From NCBI GenBank assembly GCA_027622665.1, contig JAQBYT010000004.1, positions 1 to 64,000 on the forward strand: a DNA stretch of 64,000 bases. Reading direction: 5' to 3'. A model generated the notes under the pieces. The model saw nothing but the letters and a program-made list of their open reading frames with translations. It did not search any database and was not told where the DNA came from. The position numbers and the translations under genes are program-made. Every line of letters begins with the position of its first letter. Position 1 is the first letter of the stretch. This document shows, piece after piece, positions 28,301 through 38,663 of this stretch. The stretch is from Verrucomicrobiota bacterium (lineage in GTDB: Bacteria > Verrucomicrobiota > Verrucomicrobiia > Opitutales > Seribacteraceae).

Positions 28301-31300
28301 ATGCATTTTCTGAAAAGCCTATTTGCCGTACTATCGGCCACTACTTTCGCATTGGCTAAGCCAGCTTTGCATTTTGATTTCGAAGGCGAGCAGGGAGATT
28401 ACGAGATCGTGGGGGACATATCCTTCGAACTTGGGCCACGACCGCCAGAGTTCCCTGACTTCGCAAAGGGAAACCGAGGAGCGCTATTCAACGGTGCTTC
28501 CAGGCTCGTAGTCAAAGATGCCGGAGTGGATAGTCCACTCGATTTCGACAACGGCGACGCCATCTCGCTCGAGGCTTGGGTATCGTCAGGGACGATTGGC
28601 GAGGGCGATAATGTCTATCTTATCGGAAAAGGGCGCACGAACAACAAGGGTTTTGCGGCCAATAACCAAAACTACGCCTTGCGCCTTCGCGGCCAGAGTG
28701 GGGAAGGGTGCGTAAGTTTTCTTTTCTTTTCGCGTCCAGAGAAAGAGAAGCCGGGCGACTGGCACCGATGGACTTCGGATTTCGGCGTTCGACCGGAAGA
28801 GGGTTGGTCCCATGTGGTCGTCACTTATGAATTTGGAAAGCCGAAGAGCGTCAAGGGTTACGTTAACGGAAAATCGGTTTCCGGCAAGTGGGACATGGGG
28901 GGTGCTACGGAACGCCCTCCCGTGGTGGACGACGATGAACTTTGGATTGCTTCCGCCCTTGGTGGTAGTCGCAATAACAGCTTTGTCGGCGGTCTCGATG
29001 AGATGGCCATACATCGGGAGATCCTGTCGCCTCAAATCATCTCAAAGCGTTATCGTCGTCTGGAGCAACCGAAACCGAAGTTTGTTCGCGATGACTGGCC
29101 TACGGACAAGGTGCTGGTCGAGGTGGTCGAGGGCTTTTCGCCCGCCAGGGGTTGGCCACGTCCGGACTTGCCGCCTGTCGACAGCTACCAGCAAGATCTC
29201 CTCGGCTTCTTTCGAACCACCCACAAGTATGCCGAACCGGGAGTGCGTGTGGATCGTCCGAAGGCCTTTCTTCTGCGAGCATTGGCCAGTGTGACTTTGC
29301 CGCCAGGTGAACACGATTGGTTGGTTCGTTCCCGCTGGGCTTCACGCATCTGGGTGGACGACAAGCTTATGGTTTCCGTGCCTCAACCCAGCAAAAGCGG
29401 CGGAGCTCATCACCATGTCCCCGAGATTCCCAAGGACTGGCCTGCTTATTTACGCTTGCCCGGACCCGGTGATGCGGAAAAACGCTTCCGCCTGAAAAGC
29501 AAGGGTCAAACCGTACAGGTCCGTTTCGAGACTCTTGTAGGCGACATAAAGGGAAAGGGAAAGTATCGGCATGATCTGGGGGAAACCTGCATCGCCGTTT
29601 CCTTGAGTGGTCAACCATTTGTCCTGCTTGGCCCGGCTCGTGAGGTATCCCTGACCGATGAAGGCTGGATGACTTGGAGACGCGAAAGGGAACCATTTTT
29701 CGGTGACCTCGATACGAGCCGGCGTCGCGAAGCTGCCAAGGTGACGGATCCCTATTGGGAAAAGCGCCACAGGCAAGCTCGAGAAATCGTGTCAGGGCAC
29801 GTTAAACAGGCACCCCCGAAAACACTTGGTTTTCTTCCTGTACGGAACGAAGTGGACGCCTTCGTCGGCAACGGTCTCGTCCAAGCCACCAAACGACTAC
29901 GGGGACCTCGGGAGGAAGCGGGCTCAATTCACTTTCGTGATAGTGTGTTTCCTTTGCTTCAGGATCGTTGCTTCAAGTGTCACGGTGAAAAAGAGAAAGG
30001 AAAACTTCGTCTGGATTCTCACAAGGCCATGCTGAAGGGAGGCGAATCAGGTGATCCCGCAGTAGTTCCACGAGACATAGGTAAGAGTCTTCTTTTCTCT
30101 CTGGTCTCAAGCCGTGACGAGGACGAACGCATGCCTCCAAAGGGCAAACCTTTTAATGCCGGGGAGCTTAAGGTTTTACGTGAATGGATTGAGTCCGGTG
30201 CTCCTTGGCCTAGTGAAAAAGAGGATGCTATAGCCGCCGATGGCAAAAAGGTAACCCGCAAGGAAATGGCCGAGGCTAATCTTTTTCCAACTCCCCTCAC
30301 TGACGATCTTTCTTTCTTGCGAAGGGTGACCATTGATCTCGTGGGGGAATTTCCTTCTTTAGCTGAAATTGACGACTTTGAGAAAGACAAATCCGCGACC
30401 AAGCGCTCCAGTGTGATAGACCGCTTGCTTGCCGATCCAAGGTGGGCGGACAACTGGGTGGGATATTGGCAGGACGTCCTTGCCGAGAACCCCAACATAC
30501 TCAAGCCGAAGCTCAACAATACCGGCCCATTTCGCGAATGGATTCACGAGGCCTTTCTCGACAACAAGCCGATGGATCGTTTTGTAACTGAGCTTGTCCT
30601 CATGGGAGGAAGCAAGCACGGGGGGGGGCCATCCGGTTTCGGCTTGGCTACGCAAAACGACGTCCCCATGGCAGCCAAGGCTCATGTGATCGGATCCGCT
30701 TTCCTCGGGACGAACCTTCAGTGCGCCCGTTGTCACGATGCTCCTTATCACCCCTTCAAGCAGGCCGATCTTTTCGGCATGGCAGCCATGCTTGAGCGAA
30801 AGGCCATCAGCGTACCCAAGTCCAGTATTGTCGCACTTCCCACGGCGGGTGCCCGCAAACCACTTATAGAAGTGACGCTCAAGCCCGGTGCAAACGTGAA
30901 GCCGGCGTGGAATTTCACTTCTTTTGCCGCCGCCACGACTGCCGATCCATATTTGCGAAACGCAAAAGATTCTCGTGAACGGCTCGCGATACTGATCACA
31001 TCACCCGCCAATGACCGTTTCCCTCAGGTTATCGCAAACCGGCTCTGGAAACGTTTTTTTGGCCTTGGCTTGATCGATTCCCCGGGCGATTGGCACAAGG
31101 CCCGTCCCTCGCATCCCGAGCTTTTGAAACACCTTGGTCGAGTATTCGTGCTTAGCGGTTATGATCTCAAGAGCCTTGCCCGCCTTATTCTGAACTCCCA
31201 TGCTTACCAGCGCCAATCCTCTCCTAACGCCAATCCTCAATCAACTTCCGAAAAGCCATTATTCGCGGGTCAAACTCGACGTCGTATCAGGGCCGAGCAA

Positions 31301-32002
31301 ATCGTGGACGGTCTTTACCACGCTACTGGACTTCCGATGGAAGTGGGCGAATTGAACATGGATCGTGACGGCGGTCTTGGTCCGGAAACTTTTCTTAATC
31401 TCGGCATTCCTCGCAAGGCATGGCAATATGCCTCACTTTCCAACGAACGAGATCGACCAAGCCTTGCTATCCCGCGCGTTCAAGCCGTCATAGACACCCT
31501 CAAGCAATTCGGTTGGCGTCCTTCGCGTCAAGATCCCCTCACCGATCGGGAGGAAGCTCCGCATGCCCTGCAACCCGGCATTCTCTCAAATGGCATCTTG
31601 TCCATTTGGCTTACGCGTCTTTCTTCCGAGCACGGCATTACCGAGGAATGCCTTGAGGAACGCTCCGTCGAGGACTTGCTCGATGCCGTCTTCCTTCGCC
31701 TGCTGACTCGTCGCCCGACTGAAACGGAACGCGACCGTTTTCTTCCCCTTCTTCGGGAGGGCTATGCAGAACGGATTATTCCCGTCGCCGAACGAAAGCC
31801 CACTCCTTGGCCAAAGAAAATACCGGCCGTGTCTTGGTCGAACCACCTTAGCCCGGAAGCGAACTTCTTCGTTATCGAAGAGGAAAAACGAGCTCGCGAA
31901 GGAGATCCGCCCAGTAACGCCTTGCGTCCTACTTGGCGCGAACGCATGGAGGATGCACTTTGGGCGGTTATTAATTCTCCGGAAATTCTTTTCATCCCAT
32001 GA
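28301..32002 (+). CDS. DUF1549/DUF1553 (PSCyt2/PSD1) protein with LamG and planctomycete cytochrome c domains
   Basis: LamG-like SLEAWV..WSHVVVTY..GGLDEMAI; CFKCHG..LRLDS..GGESG..ERMPP; FLRRVTIDLVG; LQCARCHD; NRLWKRFFG; WAVINSPE. Confidence 0.88.
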   Translation: MHFLKSLFAVLSATTFALAKPALHFDFEGEQGDYEIVGDISFELGPRPPEFPDFAKGNRGALFNGASRLVVKDAGVDSPLDFDNGDAISLEAWVSSGTIGEGDNVYLIGKGRTNNKGFAANNQNYALRLRGQSGEGCVSFLFFSRPEKEKPGDWHRWTSDFGVRPEEGWSHVVVTYEFGKPKSVKGYVNGKSVSGKWDMGGATERPPVVDDDELWIASALGGSRNNSFVGGLDEMAIHREILSPQIISKRYRRLEQPKPKFVRDDWPTDKVLVEVVEGFSPARGWPRPDLPPVDSYQQDLLGFFRTTHKYAEPGVRVDRPKAFLLRALASVTLPPGEHDWLVRSRWASRIWVDDKLMVSVPQPSKSGGAHHHVPEIPKDWPAYLRLPGPGDAEKRFRLKSKGQTVQVRFETLVGDIKGKGKYRHDLGETCIAVSLSGQPFVLLGPAREVSLTDEGWMTWRREREPFFGDLDTSRRREAAKVTDPYWEKRHRQAREIVSGHVKQAPPKTLGFLPVRNEVDAFVGNGLVQATKRLRGPREEAGSIHFRDSVFPLLQDRCFKCHGEKEKGKLRLDSHKAMLKGGESGDPAVVPRDIGKSLLFSLVSSRDEDERMPPKGKPFNAGELKVLREWIESGAPWPSEKEDAIAADGKKVTRKEMAEANLFPTPLTDDLSFLRRVTIDLVGEFPSLAEIDDFEKDKSATKRSSVIDRLLADPRWADNWVGYWQDVLAENPNILKPKLNNTGPFREWIHEAFLDNKPMDRFVTELVLMGGSKHGGGPSGFGLATQNDVPMAAKAHVIGSAFLGTNLQCARCHDAPYHPFKQADLFGMAAMLERKAISVPKSSIVALPTAGARKPLIEVTLKPGANVKPAWNFTSFAAATTADPYLRNAKDSRERLAILITSPANDRFPQVIANRLWKRFFGLGLIDSPGDWHKARPSHPELLKHLGRVFVLSGYDLKSLARLILNSHAYQRQSSPNANPQSTSEKPLFAGQTRRRIRAEQIVDGLYHATGLPMEVGELNMDRDGGLGPETFLNLGIPRKAWQYASLSNERDRPSLAIPRVQAVIDTLKQFGWRPSRQDPLTDREEAPHALQPGILSNGILSIWLTRLSSEHGITEECLEERSVEDLLDAVFLRLLTRRPTETERDRFLPLLREGYAERIIPVAERKPTPWPKKIPAVSWSNHLSPEANFFVIEEEKRAREGDPPSNALRPTWRERMEDALWAVINSPEILFIP

Positions 32003-33306
32003 GCAACCCATTAAATAATCTCTCTCGCCGTACTTTTTTGCAGTCCTCGGGAATTGCTTCAATTGCGGGCATTTGTGGTTTGCGCCAAGGAGCGGAAGCG
32101 GCCTTAAAAAATCATATTAAAGGCAAGGCCGAGCATTGCATTTTCCTTTGGCTGGGAGGTGGGGCTGCCCAAATTGACACCTTCGACCCCAAGAAGAAAG
32201 GTGATGCGAAAGCCAAGAAAGCCGGATCCTACTACGACGCCATCGACACCGCCGTTCCGGGTGTCCAAGTCTGCGAGCACCTTCCCCGCGTAGCCGGTGT
32301 TCTGGATCGCATCACTCTTTGTCGAACAATTTCGCACGAAGTCATCGACGAGCACGCGGCCGCCGCTTATCAGGTTCATACCGGTCGCCCCGTCAGCGGA
32401 ACCATTCAGTATCCTTCACTCGGTTCCATCGTAGCTCACGAGAAGGGGCAATTGGAGAAAGGTACTCCGAAGTACGTCGTGATCGGTTACCCGAGCATTT
32501 CGCGGAATCCCGGCTTTCTCGGAGCGAAAGACGGGTTCCTTTATCTCTTGGACGTCGAATCCGGCCCCGCAGGTCTTGCTCGTCCCGCTAGCGTGGTTTC
32601 TTCACGATGGAAGCGTCGCGAGGAGTTGCTGGGAGTTCTCCGCAAGGGATACGTCAGCCGTAATCGCGAAGATCGTCGAATCCAAGACTATGACTCCACC
32701 TTGCAGGACAGCCTCGAACTAGCCGGCCCAAAGTTCATGAGCACTTTCGACCTCGCGAGAGAGTCGGCTGATTTACGAGAATCCTACGGTGGTGAGTTTG
32801 GTCAGCGTTGCCTGCTTGCCCGACGCCTCGTTGAGCGAGGTGTGCGCTTTGTCGAGGTTTCACACAACCTGAATTTTCTTAACGGCACCGGGTGGGATAC
32901 TCATAACCAAGGCCAACTCAACCAGCACCTTCTAATCAAGGAACTCGACAACGCTCTCTCCACCCTCATCACTGATCTTGAGTCCCTCAAGCTGCTGGAT
33001 AAGACCCTTATTGCCGTGGGTACGGAGTTCGGGCGTCCCGCCGGATTCGATGGCGGGGGCGGTCGCGGTCACCATTCAAAATGCTTCAGCCTTCTTCTTG
33101 CCGGTGGAGGTCTCAAGCACTGGGGAGCTTATGGGGTTTCAGACGATCTCGCCCAGAAGTCGGTCGAAAACATAGTACCCTTGCCGGACTTTCACGCCAC
33201 AATCCACGCCGCTCTCGGTATCGACCCATCCAAGGAACTCCATGCCGGCGATCGTCCCGTACCTATAACGGACGGCGGCAAGCCCATTGAGAGTTTGTTT
33301 GTTTGA
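31999..33306 (+). CDS. DUF1501 domain protein (Tat-exported)
   Basis: SRRTFLQ Tat motif; IFLWLGGGAAQIDTFDPK, CLLARRLVERGVRFVEV, WDTH, EFGR. Confidence 0.9.
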   Translation: MSNPLNNLSRRTFLQSSGIASIAGICGLRQGAEAALKNHIKGKAEHCIFLWLGGGAAQIDTFDPKKKGDAKAKKAGSYYDAIDTAVPGVQVCEHLPRVAGVLDRITLCRTISHEVIDEHAAAAYQVHTGRPVSGTIQYPSLGSIVAHEKGQLEKGTPKYVVIGYPSISRNPGFLGAKDGFLYLLDVESGPAGLARPASVVSSRWKRREELLGVLRKGYVSRNREDRRIQDYDSTLQDSLELAGPKFMSTFDLARESADLRESYGGEFGQRCLLARRLVERGVRFVEVSHNLNFLNGTGWDTHNQGQLNQHLLIKELDNALSTLITDLESLKLLDKTLIAVGTEFGRPAGFDGGGGRGHHSKCFSLLLAGGGLKHWGAYGVSDDLAQKSVENIVPLPDFHATIHAALGIDPSKELHAGDRPVPITDGGKPIESLFV

Positions 33307-34142
33307 TGAGAATCATACTTTTTCTACTCTCGTTCTGCCTTGCCTCGGCTGCGCCCAAGCTATCCCTTACATGGGAGAAAAACTGGCTCGAAATTCATGG
33401 AGACCATCTGCCGGGTTCGATGCGGGTGCATTATTTAGAGGCCTATTGCCGGGCAAATTCCCAGACTACGGACTGGGGGAAGCACACCGTGGTGGGGCAC
33501 GAAACGAAAATGGTCTCTGCTTCGGATGACGGTTCCCGAATAGAACTTCTTTGCCATCTCAAGGATGGCGTTACCGTACGCCACGTCATTACAGCTCGTG
33601 ACGATGAAATCGATTTCCGCCTCACGGCGCAAAATCCCACCAGCAAGCTTTCCGGGGCTCACTGGGCCCAACCTTGCGTGAGGGTAGGGGTCTTCACGGG
33701 AACGGGAGCAGACAAGACATCCGACAAGTATGCCTACGTTAAGAAAAGTTTCATCTTTCTAGATGGCAAACAGGCCATGATGCCCACCCGCGACTGGGCT
33801 ATGAAGGCACGCTATATTCCCGGGCAGGTATGGACCGCTCCCGGGGTGGCTCGGGCCGACGTCAACCCTCGTCCCCTGCACAAGGACGTTCCGGACAATG
33901 GGCTCATCGGATGTTACTCAGCGGACGACAAGATGCTCTTCGCCACGGCATGGGAACCGTATCAAGAACTCTTTCAAGGGGTGGGTCGCTGTCTCCACAG
34001 TGATTTTCGTCTCGGTGGCTTGAAACCCGGGGAAAAGCTTGAGATAAAGGGTAAGGTATACTTGGTGAACAACGATCTTGAGGCCCTGCTGGTTCGTTAC
34101 CGGAAGGACTTTCCCGAGCACGCGAAGCTACACATTCGTTAG
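33303..34142 (+). CDS. Secreted hypothetical protein
   Basis: 279-aa ORF with a signal peptide, overlapping the DUF1501 stop; HYLEAYCR and WEPYQELFQGV segments. Confidence 0.75.
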   Translation: MMRIILFLLSFCLASAAPKLSLTWEKNWLEIHGDHLPGSMRVHYLEAYCRANSQTTDWGKHTVVGHETKMVSASDDGSRIELLCHLKDGVTVRHVITARDDEIDFRLTAQNPTSKLSGAHWAQPCVRVGVFTGTGADKTSDKYAYVKKSFIFLDGKQAMMPTRDWAMKARYIPGQVWTAPGVARADVNPRPLHKDVPDNGLIGCYSADDKMLFATAWEPYQELFQGVGRCLHSDFRLGGLKPGEKLEIKGKVYLVNNDLEALLVRYRKDFPEHAKLHIR

Positions 34143-34340
34143 GCGACGATTTCGCGGATCACGCTTCCGTACACGTCGGTCAACCGCATATCGCGGCATC
34201 CGCAAATCCTCGAACTCGTGCCTGATCGTTTGCAGGAGGAGGCTCTCCTCGGGTTTGCCGGGCACGATGGCGGGGCCTTCGCTCCCTCCCTTCAGCAATC
34301 CGTCCTTGAAGTCCAGGATCAGTTTCGCCTTCGCCTTGCC
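34139..34340 (-). pseudogene. Fused remnants of a planctomycete cytochrome c domain gene and the 3' end of a DUF1501 gene
   Basis: The minus strand reads KAKAKLILDFKDGLLKGGSEGPAIVPGKPEESLLLQTIRHEFEDLRMP, then in another frame RDMRLTDVYGSVIREIVA-stop. Confidence 0.7.
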
Positions 34341-34373
34341 ATGGTTCTCTATATTCGCGGCGAAGGAGCTTGG

Positions 34374-34673
34374 TCAGGTCGCAGAGATCAGGGAGGTGGC
34401 TGGTTGTATGTGGGCTGTGAGTTTTTTGCGGTCCTTGGCGAGGGCCCGAAAGTCGCATTCGACTTGGAGCCCGTGCCAAAAGTCCTCGGACTGGCCGAAG
34501 AAGATGCCGAAGCGGATGGACATGGCGGGAGTGACGGAGCGCCTGCCTAGGACGATTTCGTTGATGGCGCGGGGAGCGACGCCGATGGCGCGGGCCATGG
34601 CGTTTTGGGAAATGCCCATAGGGCGGAGGTATTCCTCCAGCAGAATTTCACCGGGAGTGATTGGCGGGTTCAT
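34374..34673 (-). CDS. higA: HigA family antitoxin (HTH-XRE)
   Basis: [43 protein letters not shown]. Confidence 0.92.
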   Translation of the reverse strand: MNPPITPGEILLEEYLRPMGISQNAMARAIGVAPRAINEIVLGRRSVTPAMSIRFGIFFGQSEDFWHGLQVECDFRALAKDRKKLTAHIQPATSLISAT

Positions 34674-34707
34674 GGCTATAACGCGTAACGCTACGTGGGG
34701 GCAAAGG

Positions 34708-34986
34708 TCAATGGTAATCACGAATGGCGACTTCGGCTGGACCGTCGTCCGTCCAACGGAAAACGATACGCCATTGGTCGTTGATTCGTATGGAATGAAG
34801 GCCCGAAAGTTTTCCCCGGAGGGTCTCGAGGCGGTTGCCCGGAGGAACGGCGAGATCTTGGAGGACGCGGGCTCGATTCATTTGAATGAGCTTGCGCAGG
34901 ACGATGCGGTCGATGGCGGAAAAGCGTCGACTGGATTCCGTGTGGAAGAGTTTTTCCGTTTCCTTGTCGGCGAAGGATTGAATCAT
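34708..34986 (-). CDS. higB: HigB family RelE-like toxin (plasmid maintenance system killer)
   Basis: [43 protein letters not shown]; upstream of higA. Confidence 0.93.
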   Translation of the reverse strand: MIQSFADKETEKLFHTESSRRFSAIDRIVLRKLIQMNRARVLQDLAVPPGNRLETLRGKLSGLHSIRINDQWRIVFRWTDDGPAEVAIRDYH

Positions 34987-35016
34987 GCCATGCCTGTTAC
35001 TTGAATTGGGCCTGAC

Positions 35017-36333
35017 TCACGCCGGGTATTTCCATGGTTCTCTGTATTCGCGGCGCAGGAGTTTTTGGGCTTCGGGATCGTTGGGGATGGTTTCCTTTTC
35101 CCCGTCCCAAGCGACGCCTCTTCCTAGCTTGTAGGAAAGCATGCCGAGCATGGGGAGAACGGACGAGCGGTGGGAGGGTTCGATCCCGCAGACGGGTTCG
35201 GACTTGGTCTCGATGGCCTGCAGGAAGTCCGCCCAGAGGAGGGTGAGGTTGTGGCCGTCGGGTTCCTGCAGTTGGTGGTCCTCGTGGATTGTCTTTTGCT
35301 TGGAGTCGGTGGGATGAAAGGTCCAACCATCCCGCCAGCCCATGTGGAATACACCCTTGGTGCCGTAGAAATAGGCCCCGATGGAGTGCTTCTCGGAGTT
35401 GTTCTTGGCGTATTTCCGGTGTTCCCAAGTGGCGGTGAAGGACTCGAATTGGAAGGTGGCGACTTGGGTGTCGGGCGCGTCGGTGGTCTGGAACTTGTCG
35501 TTGAGTACGGCTTCGCCTCGTACGGGTCTGCCACCCGTGGAGTGTACGTACTTGGGGGCTTTTTCATCGGTCCACCAGAGGACTTGGTCGAGCCAGTGCA
35601 CGCCCCAGTCGCCGAGGGTGCCGTTGGCGAAGTCGAGGAAGTTGCGCCAGCCTCCGGGGTGAATGCGAGTGTTGAATGGTCGTAGGGGGGCGGGACCGCA
35701 GTAGAGGTCCCAATCGAGACCGTCCGAGGGATCCTGGTTGCGCGACGGGGTTTCCTTGCCGCCACCTCCCGCCACGAAGAGCCGGACCATGCCAATGTCG
35801 CCCACGGCGCCGCTCTTTAGAAATTTCATGCCCGATACGTGATGTGGACCGATGCGTCGATGAAGACCCACTTGAGCGGTGATTCCTGCGGCTTGGGCGG
35901 CCTTTACCATAGCTCGACTTTCGGCGACGGTGTGCCCCGTGGGTTTTTCCACGAAGACGTGGGCGCCGGCTTCGCAGGCTGCGATGAAGGGGAGGGCATG
36001 CCAGTGATCGGGAGTGGCGATGATGACGACTTCGGGCTTTTCCTTGGCCAGTAGCTCGCGGTAGTCCTTGTACCCCTTTGGGGAATCCCCCGAGATGCGC
36101 TCAACCTTCTCGGTCGAGACGTCGATGGCTTCCTCGTCCACGTCGCAGAGACCGACGACCTTGGCGCTGCCGGCGGCCATGGCTTCCTTGAGTACGTTCA
36201 TGCCCCACCAACCCGACCCGATGAGGGCCGTCCTGTACTTGCGTCCGGCCTTGGCGGAGACGGAAGGAGAGAAGCCCGCGGCAAGGGCGCTTAGGGAAGA
36301 TGTCTTGAGGAATTGGCGACGATGAAGGTTCAT
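35017..36333 (-). CDS. Tat-exported Gfo/Idh/MocA oxidoreductase
   Basis: RRQFLK Tat motif; LIGSGWWG, IATPDHWH, VFVEKP, DWGVHWLD. Confidence 0.92.
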   Translation of the reverse strand: MNLHRRQFLKTSSLSALAAGFSPSVSAKAGRKYRTALIGSGWWGMNVLKEAMAAGSAKVVGLCDVDEEAIDVSTEKVERISGDSPKGYKDYRELLAKEKPEVVIIATPDHWHALPFIAACEAGAHVFVEKPTGHTVAESRAMVKAAQAAGITAQVGLHRRIGPHHVSGMKFLKSGAVGDIGMVRLFVAGGGGKETPSRNQDPSDGLDWDLYCGPAPLRPFNTRIHPGGWRNFLDFANGTLGDWGVHWLDQVLWWTDEKAPKYVHSTGGRPVRGEAVLNDKFQTTDAPDTQVATFQFESFTATWEHRKYAKNNSEKHSIGAYFYGTKGVFHMGWRDGWTFHPTDSKQKTIHEDHQLQEPDGHNLTLLWADFLQAIETKSEPVCGIEPSHRSSVLPMLGMLSYKLGRGVAWDGEKETIPNDPEAQKLLRREYREPWKYPA

Positions 36334-36426
36334 GGGAATGAATTTGGAGGACTTTGCATAGGGGCGTCAAGGTCGAGATGGGGTCAAATCGTTTGACGTC
36401 CGTTAGGTAAAGTCATTCCTCGTGTC

Positions 36427-37479
36427 ATGGCTAAGATGAAGGAAATCAGTGTCGTGGCCGAGGAGGCTTGCGGGTGGCCGAACTTGACGAGGTTGCCGAA
36501 TGGTGAGGTGATATGCGTCTATTTCAACGCTCCCAGTCACGGGTTGGAGGAAGGTGACTTGGTGTGTGCCGCGAGTGATGATGATGGTCTGAATTGGAAG
36601 CCTCGCGGTGTGGTCGCTCCGCACCCCGAGGGTGGCAATAGGATGCATCTTGCGGTGGGTTTGGCGGGCAACGGCGATTTGCTTGCCTTTTCGAGTGGGT
36701 TCTTCGTCGAGGACGAGGAATTCACCGGTTTTGCAGGACAGTGGCTCTCCCGTTCCTCGGATGGCGGACGAACTTGGGAGGTGGATGAAAAACCTTCCAT
36801 ACCCGAACCCTGTGTCGGGGCCATACCTTTCGGGCGGGTAATCCAACTATCCGATGGTCGATTGGCCTACACCTGCTATCGCTCCCAAGGAAAGGGGAAT
36901 CCGAGTGAAACTTGGATTGGCTTTTCGGCGGACGACGGCAAGACTTGGCCGAGCTTTTCAACTTTTGGGGAGGACGACTCCAACGAACCCACTGTACTTG
37001 AGGTCGATCCCGGAAGGTTGTTGGCGGCAGTCCGCACGCACGTCGACCATCACGTGAAGCTTTGCGAAAGCAAGGATGGCGGCGAAACTTGGAGCGACGT
37101 CGGTCCACTTACCTTGCCTATGCAGCATCCGGCCGATCTTATTCGTCTTGGAGATGGTCTGCTCCTTATGACTTACGGTATTAGAAATCGCGGCTTGATG
37201 GCAATCGGGGCGAGGTTGAGCAAGGACGACGGAAAAACTTGGCGACCGCCTTGGGTCATTCATCAGTTCGGCGACGAGGCAACCGACTGCGGTTACCCCT
37301 CTACCGTAATGCTGGACGATGAAGGGACTCTTCTCACGGCGGCTTATTCCGATTTCGATGCAAGCCTCGGCGAGGATGCCGATCATTATCGGGTAATCAC
37401 CTTTCGCTGGGCATTGAAAGAGTGGTTGGATGATAAGACCCTAAAGTCCATTTCGGATGGCAAACTTCTAAAAAGCTGA
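36427..37479 (+). CDS. Sialidase-like (BNR/Asp-box) protein
   Basis: Five Asp-box motifs (SDDDGLNW, SSDGGRTW, SADDGKTW, SKDGGETW, SKDDGKTW); DCGYP. Confidence 0.85.
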   Translation: MAKMKEISVVAEEACGWPNLTRLPNGEVICVYFNAPSHGLEEGDLVCAASDDDGLNWKPRGVVAPHPEGGNRMHLAVGLAGNGDLLAFSSGFFVEDEEFTGFAGQWLSRSSDGGRTWEVDEKPSIPEPCVGAIPFGRVIQLSDGRLAYTCYRSQGKGNPSETWIGFSADDGKTWPSFSTFGEDDSNEPTVLEVDPGRLLAAVRTHVDHHVKLCESKDGGETWSDVGPLTLPMQHPADLIRLGDGLLLMTYGIRNRGLMAIGARLSKDDGKTWRPPWVIHQFGDEATDCGYPSTVMLDDEGTLLTAAYSDFDASLGEDADHYRVITFRWALKEWLDDKTLKSISDGKLLKS

Positions 37480-37556
37480 AATATTCTGGCTAGACGCCGG
37501 TGTCCTTTTGCGACATTCGTGCAGGTTTATTCCACACCCACCTACTTTTTTACACC

Positions 37557-38663
37557 ATGAGCGAAAATATTTGTCGTTGGGGCATTCTCGGAACTGCGGG
37601 AATCGCCAAGAAGAACTGGCAGTCAATCAAGAACGCGGGGAACGCACGCCTCGTCGGAGTGGCGAGCCGAGACGAAGCGAGAGCTCAAGCTTACATCGAT
37701 GAATGTCAGGCCCACGTTTCCTTTGATCCTGCTCCTCGGGCAATCGGAAGCTATGAGGAAATGCTTGCGAGCGAGGATATCGATGCCGTCTACGTCCCAT
37801 TGCCTACCGGACCCCGCAAGGAATGGGCGATCAAGGCAGCCGAGGCAGGCAAGCACTTGATGTGTGAGAAACCTTGCGGGGTGGATGTTGCGGAAGTGGA
37901 GGAAATCATCGCGGCTTGCGATAAGGCGGGTGTTCAGTTCATGGACGGCGTAATGTTCATGCACAGTGATCGTTTAGGTGAGATTCGGGAGAGCCTCGAC
38001 GATGGCGAGACCATTGGAAAGCTTCGGCGTATCGCCACTCAGTTCAGCTTTTGGGCGCCTGAAGATTTCTTGACTAGCAACATTCGAATGCACAGCGACC
38101 TAGAGCCCTTGGGTTGCTTGGGCGACCTTGGTTGGTACAACATCCGGTTCAATCTTTGGGTGATGAACTATCAAATGCCCCACACGGTGACGGGTAGATT
38201 ACTGAACGCCTCGGGCCGTTCGGACAGTCCTCGCCAAGTACCGACGGAGTTCTCCGGTGAAATGCTTTTTGACTACGACGTCTCCGCCAGTTTTTACTGT
38301 TCGTTCCTCACGGAACATCAGCAATGGGCCCATGTCAGCGGAACCAAGGGAAGCATTCGGATCGATGATGTCGTTCTACCTTATTATGGCAACGATGTTG
38401 CCTTTACTGTATCAAAGCCTGTTTTCGACCAAACCGTTTGCGATTTCAACATGGAGCGTCATGAAAGCCGAGTAGCGGTCGACGAGTATAGCGACAGTCA
38501 CCCCACCTCACAAGAGACCAAGCTTTTCAGTAACTTCTCGGATCTTGCCCTCGGAGGAACTCCCGATTCTCATTGGCCTGATATTACCTTGCAGACTCAA
38601 CGAGTGATGATGGCCTGTGTGGAATCCGCCGAAGACGGTGGCAAGGAAGTGAGCCTAGCTTAA
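37557..38663 (+). CDS. Gfo/Idh/MocA family oxidoreductase
   Basis: RWGILGTAGIA, IDAVYVPLPT, GKHLMCEKP, GCLGDLGWY. Confidence 0.92.
   Translation: MSENICRWGILGTAGIAKKNWQSIKNAGNARLVGVASRDEARAQAYIDECQAHVSFDPAPRAIGSYEEMLASEDIDAVYVPLPTGPRKEWAIKAAEAGKHLMCEKPCGVDVAEVEEIIAACDKAGVQFMDGVMFMHSDRLGEIRESLDDGETIGKLRRIATQFSFWAPEDFLTSNIRMHSDLEPLGCLGDLGWYNIRFNLWVMNYQMPHTVTGRLLNASGRSDSPRQVPTEFSGEMLFDYDVSASFYCSFLTEHQQWAHVSGTKGSIRIDDVVLPYYGNDVAFTVSKPVFDQTVCDFNMERHESRVAVDEYSDSHPTSQETKLFSNFSDLALGGTPDSHWPDITLQTQRVMMACVESAEDGGKEVSLA

Larger units (their letters stand above)
34339..35064. mobile_element. Minimal higBA cassette bounded by 33-bp imperfect direct repeats (34339-34371 and 35032-35064)
   Basis: ccatggttctct(a/g)tattcgcggcg(a/c)aggag(c/t)tt occurs on both sides. 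The right copy is the 3' coding end of the oxidoreductase at 35017-36333. Confidence 0.65.

Noticed and set aside
30620..30628. G9 homopolymer in the DUF1553 gene as a phase-variation tract
   Set aside because: It is in frame, encodes Gly-Gly-Gly in a plausible loop, and there is no evidence of length variation.
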